Shown here one piece after another: positions 35,621 to 44,524 of a stretch of 64,000 nt of DNA. The stretch spans positions 31,376 to 95,375 of the forward strand of contig JANNFI010000080.1 of the NCBI GenBank assembly GCA_031379665.1, in the 5' to 3' direction. Positions within the stretch are counted from its first letter, which is position 1; the number at the start of each line of letters is the position of its first letter. The DNA comes from Ignavibacteria bacterium (lineage in GTDB: Bacteria > Bacteroidota > Ignavibacteria > UBA10030 > SZUA-254). The position numbers and the translations under genes are program-made. The notes beneath the pieces were generated by a model. It was given only the letters and a program-made list of their open reading frames with translations. It was not told the origin of the DNA and made no database searches.

Positions 35621-37093
35621 ATGTTTACCACCATCGTCCTGAAGGAACTCAAGTCGATTCTCGTCAGCCCGAAGTTTCCGGTGACGTTCGCCGTCGCCTC
35701 GGTGCTGGTACTCCTCAGCGTCTTCATGGGGATCAGGGAGTACCGGGCGTCGCTCGACCAGTACCAGGCGGCCAACGCGCTCGTCAAACAGGAGATGCGC
35801 GAGGCCCGCGGCTGGATGTCCCTATCGAACAGGGTCTACCGCGAGCCGGACCCGATGCAGATCTTCGTGTCGGGGGTTCACAACGACGTTGGGCGCCTCT
35901 CAGGCATCAGCACGTGGGAGCCGGTGAAGCTTTCAGCGAGCGCCTACAGCGACGATCTGATTTACGCGCTGTTTCGTTTCATCGACTTCACGTTCATCGT
36001 GCAGGTCGTACTCACACTCTTCGCGATATTGTTCACGTACGACTCGATCAACGGCGAGCGCGAGTCGGGGACGCTCCAGCTGATGCTCTCCAACCCCGTG
36101 CCACGCGCGCGGGTGATCACGGCGAAGTTCGTCGGCGCCTGGCTCGGGCTGGTGGTGCCGATCATGATACCGGTCCTCCTCGGGCTTTCACTCCTCCTTG
36201 TCTATAAGGTGCCGATGACGGCCGAACACTGGGTGCGGCTCGGGTTCCTGGCGGGCGCGTCGCTGTTGTTGTTCACGTTCTTCATCGCGTTCGGCATGCT
36301 CGTGTCGTCGGTGACCCGGAGGTCGAACATTTCGTTCCTCATCTGCCTGGTCTCGTGGGTCGCGCTGGTGCTGATCGTGCCGCGCGCGGGGATGATGATG
36401 GCCGGCCAGATCGTGAAGGTCCCCACCGACGCCGAGATCGACAGTCAGCAGGACAGTTTCTCGAAGGACCGGTGGAACGCGCATTTCGAGGCGCTGAGTG
36501 AAAAGTGGAGTACCCGGATGGAACCGCTGGAAGGGTTGCCGGACGCTGAACGCACCGCGAAGCGCGAAGAGATGGAGTGGGCGTGGGCGGAGGAGGACAA
36601 GAACGATCGCGACTCGATGCACGCGGTGATCGACGGCAACGCCAGGAAACTGAGGGAGGATTTACGCAACCGCAAGGGCGAACGCGAACGCCTGGCGTTT
36701 ACACTCTCGAGGTTCTCGCCGGTTTCGGCCTTCCAGCTCGCGGCGATGAACCTCGCCGGCACCGACATCGGGCTCAAAACCCGGTACGAGGACGCGCTCG
36801 AGGCCTACCGGGCCTCGTTCAATCAGTACAAGACGCAGAAACAGAAGGAGTCGGGTTCGTCAGGCGGCATCTCGATCCAGGTCGACAGCGAAAAAGGCGT
36901 CAAGATCGACGTCGGGCGCGAGATGGCGCTCGACCTCGACGGGATGCCAGAGTTTACCACCACCCGCCCGTCGCTCTCGGAATCCGTCTCCGCCACGGGC
37001 GTCGACTTCGGATTGATGGCGCTCTTTTCGATTATTTCCTTCGCCGGCGCGTTCGCGATGTTCCTGCGGTACGATCCGAGGTATGCGAACTGA
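35621..37093 (+). CDS. ABC-2 type permease with a large charged insertion (paralogue 2)
   Basis: MFTTIVLKELKSIL..., NGERESGTLQL, and the same architecture as the gene at 34163-35578. Confidence 0.8.
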   Translation: MFTTIVLKELKSILVSPKFPVTFAVASVLVLLSVFMGIREYRASLDQYQAANALVKQEMREARGWMSLSNRVYREPDPMQIFVSGVHNDVGRLSGISTWEPVKLSASAYSDDLIYALFRFIDFTFIVQVVLTLFAILFTYDSINGERESGTLQLMLSNPVPRARVITAKFVGAWLGLVVPIMIPVLLGLSLLLVYKVPMTAEHWVRLGFLAGASLLLFTFFIAFGMLVSSVTRRSNISFLICLVSWVALVLIVPRAGMMMAGQIVKVPTDAEIDSQQDSFSKDRWNAHFEALSEKWSTRMEPLEGLPDAERTAKREEMEWAWAEEDKNDRDSMHAVIDGNARKLREDLRNRKGERERLAFTLSRFSPVSAFQLAAMNLAGTDIGLKTRYEDALEAYRASFNQYKTQKQKESGSSGGISIQVDSEKGVKIDVGREMALDLDGMPEFTTTRPSLSESVSATGVDFGLMALFSIISFAGAFAMFLRYDPRYAN

Positions 37094-37138
37094 GGATATC
37101 TTACACGCTGGGGCGCTGAGCAGGGAAGAATTTGACGC

Positions 37139-39280
37139 CTACAACGTCATCCCCACCGATATATTCCCTATGACATTCCTCGGCAGACCCGGCTCGATGT
37201 AGACCGGTTGCCCGTTCACGTAATCGGGGTTCAGCCAGGCCGAGCCGATGTACTTCGCATCGGCGATGTTGTTCACCCCCACGAAGGCCGAAAGGTGGAA
37301 CTTTCCTCCCCCCGGCGCCCACCGGTCGAACCCGATGTTCGCGCTCACGATTGTGTACGACGGAACGGTGATGAGGTTCGCGTCGTCGGCGAAGTACTCC
37401 CCCACCGTCTGCAGGCTCGTCCCGACGAACGACCCGTGCAAGGCCTTCGGCGAATATTTGAGTCCGACCGAATAAAAGACGTCGGGCACACCCACCACCT
37501 TGTTGCCGGAATAGTCGGCGACCGCCCCGGGGTTGCCGTAATGCACAGAGTCGATCGTGTACTCCTTGTACTCGTTCTTCGAGACGGTGAACGCCGCCTG
37601 CGCCGTCAGCCCCATCGTAAAATTGAGTTCGGCCCCGAATTCCAGCCCCATCCGCTCCGTCCTGCCGGCGGTAAAATAGAACCGGCCATTGCGGTACGGC
37701 ACAATGTCGTCGGTGATCCGGAGCCAGTAGGCCGCGACGTCGTAGGTGAGGTACGCGACGGCGTCGTCGCCGCCGAACCCGATGACCTGTTTCGTGCCGA
37801 GTTCGACGGTCGTCGATTGCATCGCGTCGAGGAGCGGGTTGATGGCGTAGACCGTGTCCTGGCCGTCGACGCCGGTCGGGTCGGTTTCGTTCCCCGCGGG
37901 GACCTCGAGGCCCCCGCCCAGGCTGGCGTAGATGCTCTGGGTCGGGGAGAGCCGCCAGGTGACGCCGGCCCTCGGGATCAGCCTCGAAAACGTCTTTGCA
38001 TCGCTCAGGTCGAGGTCGATATAGCTTTCGGAATAGTAACTCACCAGGTCATACCGCAGGCCGAAAAGCACGATCCAGGAGTCGCCGAAGAGGAGTTCGT
38101 TCTGCGCAAAAAGGCCGAGATTGTTCGCGCCTTCGCGCTTGTTGTCGCGCAGCGGAAGCGCAATCCCCGCTTCGGGCGATAACGTGTAGAAGAGGATCGC
38201 CCCGTCCTGATACGCCTCGTCCAGGCCGGCCAGGAAGACGTTGCGCACGTCCTCGGCGGGCACGGCCTCGTTGCGGTACATCGCGCTCCCGCCGACGTGG
38301 TACCTGGTGAAATTCCTGAAGGTCCCGCGCTCGGAGCGTTCCAGAAACTTCGGCTGGACGAACGCGGTGGCTGAAAGCGCGTTGTGGTCGTCGAGCCGGT
38401 GTTCGGCACTCACGCCGAGCCGTCCAAGCCGGTTGTGCCGACGTTCGTCACGTGCGATGTAGATCGAGTCGGACATCGACGGGTCGGCGTCGTACTGCGC
38501 CTGCGTGAGCGCGCCGGGTATCCTGAAGATGTTCGAAGTGCCCACGAGGTGGACGCCGAGGTCGGTCCTCTCACCGAGAGTCGCGACGATCCCCGCGTTG
38601 AAGAGCGCCTGCGAGCTCCGGGAGTGCTCTCGCCACCCGTCCGAGGTGGTGTTGCCGAGCGAGTAATAGAGCTTTCCCGCACCCAGGTTCGAGCCGCCCG
38701 TAAGGTGTTCCTTGTGGAACCCGAAGCTCCCGAACGACTGCCGGTAGAGCGCGTACGGACTTTCGAACGACGTGTTCGACGTGATACTCACGATCCCGCC
38801 GCCTGCGTTGCCGTAGAGCGACGACGCGTTCGAACGCATCACCTCCATCCCCCCGGCCGCCGAAATGTCCAGCAGGTCCATCGAGGTACGTCCGTCCGGT
38901 TCGGTCTCGGGGAAGCCGTTGTTCAGTATCCTGATGCCTCGCGTCGTACCCGCGTTGGAGCGTTCGCCCGCCCCCCTCGCACCGAAGCCGCGGATGATCA
39001 GCCGCACGTCCTGGTTTCCCGAACGGGACTGGGCCAGCACCCCCGGCACGAACGAGAGCACCTCGTCGATGCCGGACCCCTTCGACCTGCGGAGCTCCTT
39101 CGTGCCGATGATGGTGAGAGAGAGCGGCACCTGGATCCAGGAGTGGGACACCCTCGTGCCGGTGATCGTCACCGGGTCGAGCAGGAAGCTGACCGAATCA
39201 CCCTCAACCTGGGCGAATGCGGAATCAACCCCAATGAACGCGACGAGGCACATCGCCGCGAACAACAATGATTGTCGCAT
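37139..39280 (-). CDS. TonB-dependent outer-membrane receptor
   Basis: Signal peptide MRQSLLFAAMCLVAFIGVDSAFAQ (ATG 39278-39280). Plug region (ITGTR..., RLIIRGFGARG, GIRILNNGFPETEPDGRT, EVMRSNASSLYGNAGGGIV) followed by a long beta-barrel. Confidence 0.85.
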   Translation of the reverse strand: MRQSLLFAAMCLVAFIGVDSAFAQVEGDSVSFLLDPVTITGTRVSHSWIQVPLSLTIIGTKELRRSKGSGIDEVLSFVPGVLAQSRSGNQDVRLIIRGFGARGAGERSNAGTTRGIRILNNGFPETEPDGRTSMDLLDISAAGGMEVMRSNASSLYGNAGGGIVSITSNTSFESPYALYRQSFGSFGFHKEHLTGGSNLGAGKLYYSLGNTTSDGWREHSRSSQALFNAGIVATLGERTDLGVHLVGTSNIFRIPGALTQAQYDADPSMSDSIYIARDERRHNRLGRLGVSAEHRLDDHNALSATAFVQPKFLERSERGTFRNFTRYHVGGSAMYRNEAVPAEDVRNVFLAGLDEAYQDGAILFYTLSPEAGIALPLRDNKREGANNLGLFAQNELLFGDSWIVLFGLRYDLVSYYSESYIDLDLSDAKTFSRLIPRAGVTWRLSPTQSIYASLGGGLEVPAGNETDPTGVDGQDTVYAINPLLDAMQSTTVELGTKQVIGFGGDDAVAYLTYDVAAYWLRITDDIVPYRNGRFYFTAGRTERMGLEFGAELNFTMGLTAQAAFTVSKNEYKEYTIDSVHYGNPGAVADYSGNKVVGVPDVFYSVGLKYSPKALHGSFVGTSLQTVGEYFADDANLITVPSYTIVSANIGFDRWAPGGGKFHLSAFVGVNNIADAKYIGSAWLNPDYVNGQPVYIEPGLPRNVIGNISVGMTL

Positions 39281-39451
39281 TGTCGATTTCCTTTTATCGT
39301 GAATGGAAACACGTCCCTGATGAACGCCGGGGCGTCGCAACGTCCGCCGCGGACCGATACGATGGCCCGCGGAGGATGGAGGCATCCCCTTACCCGGGAC
39401 CGCTTCGGTCCGGAGGGGATACGGCCCTGACGAATTAGTTACGGTCGATAT

Positions 39452-39820
39452 TCAGGCGGTCGGCGCCGGAGGGGATTTGTCGCGGACTGGATGGGATGGG
39501 GGAGAATATGGATCGAGCGTTTCATCGACGACGCGCACGAGTTGTATAATCCGGATCACGATACAGGGATTGACCGTGAAGGCCTTCGGTGCGTTCGACT
39601 TGTCGAATGTTTCCCAGGTGACAGAGGGTTTGGCGAACGCAAGCTCGTCGGCGGGCCCGCGATGGTTCTCAAGGAATTCCTCTTCGAATGGCTCGACCTG
39701 GAAAAGGAAATAGACCACCGCCAGCGTGAGCGCCACGAGTGAGTGAATATTTCGTATGACGGGAAACAGGTTCACGAACCGGTCTTCGGGAGCGCGGTGA
39801 CGATTGAGGATTCCGTTCAC
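39452..39820 (-). CDS. hypothetical single-TM protein
   Basis: GTG start, one hydrophobic helix (SLVALTLAVVYFLF) and high third-position G+C in this frame. No recognisable motif. Confidence 0.35.
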   Translation of the reverse strand: MNGILNRHRAPEDRFVNLFPVIRNIHSLVALTLAVVYFLFQVEPFEEEFLENHRGPADELAFAKPSVTWETFDKSNAPKAFTVNPCIVIRIIQLVRVVDETLDPYSPPSHPVRDKSPPAPTA

Positions 39821-39949
39821 TGAAGCTATCCATTTCCGCCGGGAAAGTCAATCGACCCCGCAGGCCTGGGCGATCACGGCCTGACCGATTGCATCCGCAC
39901 ACTGAAGGAGCCGACGGCCCGCGCCGGCGGTCGCGGTCATCGTCGAGGC

Positions 39950-39980
39950 TTGTAAAAAAGGGTGGAAATTCGTATATTTA
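39950..39980 (+). promoter_or_regulatory. candidate -33/-7 type promoter
   Basis: TTG (39950-39952), a 20-nt spacer, then TATATTTA (39973-39980), in the AT-richest part of the intergenic region upstream of the tricorn-like gene. Confidence 0.35.
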
Positions 39981-40044
39981 CTTATTCTATCAACGCCGAA
40001 AGCCCCGATTTCGTCCCGCCTCTGAGATCCGCTTGCATATGCAG

Positions 40045-40088
40045 CGCCTCCCCTGCAATGCAACCCTTGGGGGCGGGATTTTTATTTT
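40045..40088 (+). terminator. terminator-like hairpin plus T-tract inside the leader of the tricorn-like gene (attenuator or end of a small RNA)
   Basis: CGCCTCC (40045-40051) pairs with GGGGGCG (40069-40075), one G:U pair. GGATTTTTATTTT follows. Confidence 0.3.
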
Positions 40089-40177
40089 CAGCGAGGCAAC
40101 CAAACCCGTCCGTTTTCGTATACCCACAAAGTGTTTAATCCCGAATCCACCTTCCATTCCAACTACCGGAGTCATCC

Positions 40178-43100
40178 ATGAAGAATCTCCTCCTGACGGC
40201 CTCGTTGACGATGCTCTTCGTCGCCGGCGCCGTCGCTCAACCCGAGGCGCGCCTCCTGCGCTTCCCCGCCGTCACCAACGGCCAGATCGTCTTCACCTAC
40301 GCGGGCGACCTTTACACCGTTCCCGACGCCGGCGGCACGGCGCGCAAGCTCACCAGCCACGAGGGTTTCGAGATGTTCGCGCGGTTCTCCCCCGACGGGA
40401 AGTGGATCGCCTTCACCGGGCAATACGACGGGAACACCGAGGTCTACGTGATTCCTTCGACCGGCGGGATCCCCCGGCGCCTCACCTACACCGCGACGCT
40501 CGGCCGCGACGACGTTTCGGACCGGATGGGGCCGAACAACCTCGTCATGGGCTGGATGCACGACAACAGGACGATCGTGTTCCGTTCGCGGATGAAGGAG
40601 TTCAACGACTTCAAGGGGCAACTCTTCACCGTGACGCTCGACGGCGACATTTCGGTACAGCTCCCCCTGCCGCGCGGCGGCTTCTGCTCCTACTCCCCCG
40701 ACGATTCGAAGCTCGTCTATAATAGAGTGTTCCGCGAGTTCCGCACCTGGAAGCGCTACCGCGGCGGGATGGCCGACGACATCTGGATCTACGACTTCAA
40801 GACGAAGGCCACCGAACGGATCGCCGAGAGCCCCGCAGGCGACATCATCCCGATGTGGCACGGCAACACCATCTATTTCGTCTCCGACAGGGACGATGCG
40901 AAGCGCTTCAACCTCTACGCCTACGACCTCGGCACGAAGGAGACCCGCAAGCTCACGAACTACACCGAGTTCGACATCAAGTTCCCGTCGCTGGGCGGCG
41001 ACGCCATCGTCTACGAAAACGGCGGGTACATCTATCGGTACGACATCGCGACAAACACCGCGACCAAGGTGTCGGTCACGATCGCCGAGGACCTGGTTGG
41101 CGGGCGCGGCGGCATCATCGAGGTCGGCTCGTCGGTGACGAACTTCGAAATCTCCCCCGACGGCAACCGGGCGCTCCTCGGCGCGCGCGGCGACGTGTTC
41201 ACCGTCCCGGCGAAGCACGGGCCCACCCGCAACCTCACCGCCACCCCCGGCGTCCACGAACGGAATTCCAAGTGGTCTCCCGACGGCAAGTGGATTTCGT
41301 ACGTGAGCGACGCCAGCGGCGAGGACGAAATTTGGGTCGTCCCCCAGGACGGCTCCGCTCCGGCCACGAAGCTCACCAGCGGTGACGACACCTATATGTA
41401 CCAGCCGTATTGGTCGCCCGACGGCAAAAAGTTGATGTGGGCCGACAAGAAACTCCGCTTGCGGATCGTCGACGTGGCTTCGAAAAATATCACCGACGCC
41501 GCGACCGCGGAAGGGTTCGAGTTCAACGATTACGTCTGGTCTCCCGACAGCCGCTGGATCGCCTACACCAGGCCCGAAGTCGAGACGATGAACAGGGTCT
41601 ACCTCTACTCGCTCGAGAGCGGGAAGAGCATCGACGTGACGGACCCCTGGTACACCTCGGGCAGCCCGGCCTTCAGCCCCGACGGTGCGTACCTCTACTT
41701 CGTCTCGAGCAGGGACTTCAGCCCCAACTTCAGCCAGACGGAGTTCAACATCTCGTACGCCGATATGTCGAGGATCTACCTCGTCACGCTCACCAAATCG
41801 GCAGAGTCCCCCTTCAAGCCGAAGAGCGACGAAGTTGCGCCGAAGGATGACAACTCGAAGGACGGCGACAAGAAGGATGATAAGAAGGATGAAAAGAAGG
41901 ACGAGGGGAAGGACGATAAGAAGGACGCCGGAAAGTCGGTAAAGGTGATCGTAGACTTCGACGGCGTCAAGGACCGGATCGCGGGCCTGCCGATTTCTGC
42001 CTCGAACTACGGCAGCCTCGTCGCGGTGGGATCGAGCCTCTATTATACGCGCCAGGGGAGCAAGGACGAGAAGACACAATTCCTCCTTTACGACTTCGAA
42101 GAGCTCGAGGAGAAGAACCTCGGCGAAGTTGGCGGCTTTGAGATCTCCGCCGACAAGAAGAAGATGATCGTTGCCAAGGACCGCGGTCATTACATCATAG
42201 ACCTCCCCAAGGCGAAGATCGACCTCAAGGACAAGCTCGACCTCTCGGGGATGGAAGTGAAACTCGACAAGAAGGCCGAGTGGACCCAGATGTACAACGA
42301 GTGCTGGCGCCAGATGAAATACTTCTTCTACGCGCCGAACATGCACGGCGTTGACTGGGACGCGGTGAAGGCGAAATACGCGCCGCTGGTCCCGTACGTC
42401 AACCACCGCGCAGACCTGACGTACATCATCGGCGAGATGATCGGCGAGCTCTCCGCCGGCCACACCTACGTGGGGGGCGGCGAATATCCGAAGGCAGCGC
42501 GTCTCCAGACCGGCCTCCTCGGCGCCGAGCTCCAACGCGACGCATCGTCGAAATTTTACAAGATCTCGAAGATCCTGAAGGGTTATAATTGGGAAAACGG
42601 CACGAAGAGCCCGCTGACCGAGATCGGCGTCGACGCGAACGAGGGAGATTACATCGTGGCCGTCGACGGCAAGCCCACCGACGCGATGGAAAACATCTAC
42701 GAGTCGCTGGTGAACACCGTCGGCAAGCAGGTGAAGCTGACGCTGAACGCCAAAACCTCGAAGGACGGCGGACGCGTCATCACGGTGATCCCGATCGACG
42801 ACGAGTCGAACCTCTACTACCAGAACTGGGTCGACGCGAACATCGCCAAGGTCGACAAGGCCACGAACGGCAAGGTCGGATATGTCCACATCCCCGATAT
42901 GGGCGTCGGAGGGTTGAACGAGTTCGTCCGGCGGTTCTACCCGCAGCTCAAGAAGAAGGCCCTCATCGTCGACGTGCGCGGGAACGGCGGCGGGTTCGTC
43001 TCGCCGATCGTCCTCGAGCGCCTGCGCCGCGAACTGGCGTTCATCGACTTCTCGCGGAACACCGCGCCCTTCACCGACCCGCAGGAGATGATCTGGGGAC

Positions 43101-43471
43101 CGAAGGTCTGCCTCATCGACGAGTTTTCCGCGTCCGACGGGGACATCTTCCCGTACAGGTTCAAGAAGGCGGGCCTCGGGAAACTGGTCGGCAAACGGAC
43201 GTGGGGCGGCGTTGTCGGCATCCGCGGCACGCTCCCGCTTCTCGACGGCGGGTTCCTCAACAAGCCCGAATTCTCGCGCTACGACGAGGACGGGAACTGG
43301 ATCATGGAGGGCGTCGGTGTCGAGCCCGACATCTTTGTCGACAACGACCCGGCGAGAGAGTTCGCGGGCGACGACCAGCAGCTCACGAAGGGCATCGAGG
43401 TGATCCTGGAAGAGTTGAAGACCAAGGAGAGGACGATCCCGCCGATCCCGGATTACCCGGTGAAGAAGTAA
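40178..43471 (+). CDS. tricorn protease homologue (beta-propeller + PDZ + S41 peptidase)
   Basis: Signal peptide; N-terminus LLRFPAVTNGQIVFTYAGDLYTVPDAGGTARKLTSHEGFEMFARFSPDGKWIAFTGQYDGNTEVY; WSPDG propeller repeats; C-terminal S41 region VDVRGNGGGFVSP, GKRTWGGVVG. Confidence 0.9.
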   Translation: MKNLLLTASLTMLFVAGAVAQPEARLLRFPAVTNGQIVFTYAGDLYTVPDAGGTARKLTSHEGFEMFARFSPDGKWIAFTGQYDGNTEVYVIPSTGGIPRRLTYTATLGRDDVSDRMGPNNLVMGWMHDNRTIVFRSRMKEFNDFKGQLFTVTLDGDISVQLPLPRGGFCSYSPDDSKLVYNRVFREFRTWKRYRGGMADDIWIYDFKTKATERIAESPAGDIIPMWHGNTIYFVSDRDDAKRFNLYAYDLGTKETRKLTNYTEFDIKFPSLGGDAIVYENGGYIYRYDIATNTATKVSVTIAEDLVGGRGGIIEVGSSVTNFEISPDGNRALLGARGDVFTVPAKHGPTRNLTATPGVHERNSKWSPDGKWISYVSDASGEDEIWVVPQDGSAPATKLTSGDDTYMYQPYWSPDGKKLMWADKKLRLRIVDVASKNITDAATAEGFEFNDYVWSPDSRWIAYTRPEVETMNRVYLYSLESGKSIDVTDPWYTSGSPAFSPDGAYLYFVSSRDFSPNFSQTEFNISYADMSRIYLVTLTKSAESPFKPKSDEVAPKDDNSKDGDKKDDKKDEKKDEGKDDKKDAGKSVKVIVDFDGVKDRIAGLPISASNYGSLVAVGSSLYYTRQGSKDEKTQFLLYDFEELEEKNLGEVGGFEISADKKKMIVAKDRGHYIIDLPKAKIDLKDKLDLSGMEVKLDKKAEWTQMYNECWRQMKYFFYAPNMHGVDWDAVKAKYAPLVPYVNHRADLTYIIGEMIGELSAGHTYVGGGEYPKAARLQTGLLGAELQRDASSKFYKISKILKGYNWENGTKSPLTEIGVDANEGDYIVAVDGKPTDAMENIYESLVNTVGKQVKLTLNAKTSKDGGRVITVIPIDDESNLYYQNWVDANIAKVDKATNGKVGYVHIPDMGVGGLNEFVRRFYPQLKKKALIVDVRGNGGGFVSPIVLERLRRELAFIDFSRNTAPFTDPQEMIWGPKVCLIDEFSASDGDIFPYRFKKAGLGKLVGKRTWGGVVGIRGTLPLLDGGFLNKPEFSRYDEDGNWIMEGVGVEPDIFVDNDPAREFAGDDQQLTKGIEVILEELKTKERTIPPIPDYPVKK

Positions 43472-43563
43472 CTCGTCTTCCCCTGGACTGCGAACGTGCC
43501 CTGGCCCTCGGGATCTGATATAGACTGATCGGCCGGCGGAGTCGGGCCAGAAGGAATGGAAGT

Positions 43564-43604
43564 AAAAGGGGTGGCCGGAGTCGATCCGGTCACCCCTTTT
43601 GTTT
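43564..43604. terminator. bidirectional intrinsic terminator between convergent genes
   Basis: AAAA-GGGGTGGCCGGA-GTCGA-TCCGGTCACCCC-TTTTGTTT, a 12-bp stem with one mismatch. Confidence 0.55.
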
Positions 43605-43650
43605 ATGCAGCGCCCGTGAATATTCCCATACGTTTCGGATCCGTCAACCT

Positions 43651-44445
43651 TCAGAGCGTTCCGGCCAGGACGATCGCCCCCATCACGACGGCGGCGGCCC
43701 CGGAAATAGTCGAATGCCCCGATGTATACGTCGGGAAGTTCGGCGTCGGAACGACAGTCGTAAAAGCCGGCGTCCTCCCCTGCAGCCGCATGGACGGCCT
43801 CGCGGTCCAGTGCGCATACTTCGTGCACCAGCAGGAGACGAAGGCATCGTACATTGCGCAGTTCAGGTATGCGTGCGCCTCCGCAGCAGCGAGCGCGCCC
43901 ATCTTCCTGCCGGCGATCCGCTAGTTGAGGATGTTGTTCCAGATGGTCGGCGGCGGGAGGTCGGCCCACTTATGAACGATCGCAACCTGTTCCGGAGTAC
44001 GGTTGAGCGAGGCCTCGTACACCTGCTCCACCTCGATCGAGTCCGGTTCCGAGCCGTACGCGTATGGCGGCTCGGGCTGGAACTCTGCTCCGTTCTCGCA
44101 GATCCTGGTCAGCCATTGGCCGCACATCGGAAGGACAGGGTCGGTCCCGTTCCAGATGCCGGGCCCCGAAGGGATCGTGCCGGTGAACACGGCGTTGGAG
44201 CCGTCGGACATTCCGTGCTCCACCGCGAGCTGGCCGACGGACCGCCCGAGGTCGAGGCTTCGACGGGTGCGCCCTTTCGCCTTTCCATTGGCCGAGCGGA
44301 GTTGGCTGCGCAGGGCTTCGTCTATCCGGATTGAGGCGTTCGGGAAAAGGTACTCCAGCACCGTCGAAGCGGCGCCAGCGGCGAGCGCATCATAGAGGGC
44401 CGCGTGAACGAGCGCATACGCCCGGGAAAATTTTGGCGGCGTCAG
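43651..44445 (-). pseudogene. decayed PAP2 / vanadium-haloperoxidase-like phosphatase gene (5'-truncated, in-frame TAG, C-terminal motif missing)
   Basis: One reading frame gives ...TPPKFSRAYALVHAALYDAL...PPPTIWNNILN-TAG(43921-43923)-RIAGRKMGALAAAEAHAYLNCAMYDAFVSCWCTKYAHWTARP...PNFPTYTSGHSTISGAAA, then a stop at 43651. There is an in-frame TGA at 44446-44448, no signal peptide or start, and no SRxxxxxHxxxD motif. Confidence 0.6.
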
Positions 44446-44524
44446 TCAGGTCGGCATCGGCGTCCGTTGCGTTGTCGGCTTCGACCCTACTTCTGTCCGG
44501 TAGGCTCTGAACCGACACAATTAC

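Noticed and set aside
34142-36207. 484-aa minus-strand ORF (34142-35596) and 617-aa plus-strand ORF (34354-36207) overlapping the permease genes
   Set aside because: The membrane-protein frames (34163-35578 and 35621-37093) show TM helices, paralogy and GC3 bias. The competing frames are R/P/G-rich and span the real intergenic gap.
39281-39451. Cobalamin or TPP riboswitch upstream of the TonB-dependent receptor
   Set aside because: I could not find a B12 box (GCCACTG-like) or the TPP CUGAGA/ACCUGAUCUGGAUAAUGCCAGCG core by eye. It is reported only as an unclassified structured leader.
39841-39870. GGGAAAGTC string reminiscent of the RNase P RNA P4 region
   Set aside because: The surrounding sequence lacks the rest of the conserved RNase P core (GAGGAAAGTCCGGGC, ACAGAAA, the P4 3' strand). 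I also rejected SRP RNA for 39985-40090 because there is no GGAAGCAGCC-type domain IV motif.
43605-43650. An alternative frame downstream of the PAP2-like ORF reads ETYGNIHGRCINKRGDRIDSGH, superficially like the third PAP2 motif (SRxYGGIHxxxD)
   Set aside because: Most of that peptide is encoded by the terminator hairpin itself (43564-43604) and its spacing from the SGH motif is wrong. I treat it as coincidence, not as evidence for a frameshifted C-terminus.
40172-43969. 1265-aa minus-strand ORF, the longest ORF of that region
   Set aside because: It is exactly antisense to the tricorn-like protease gene. Its composition is R/G/A/V/D/P-rich with no motifs, which is typical of the stop-poor shadow frames of high-GC coding DNA. 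Only its far 5' end (43651-43969) overlaps the PAP2-like pseudogene region.
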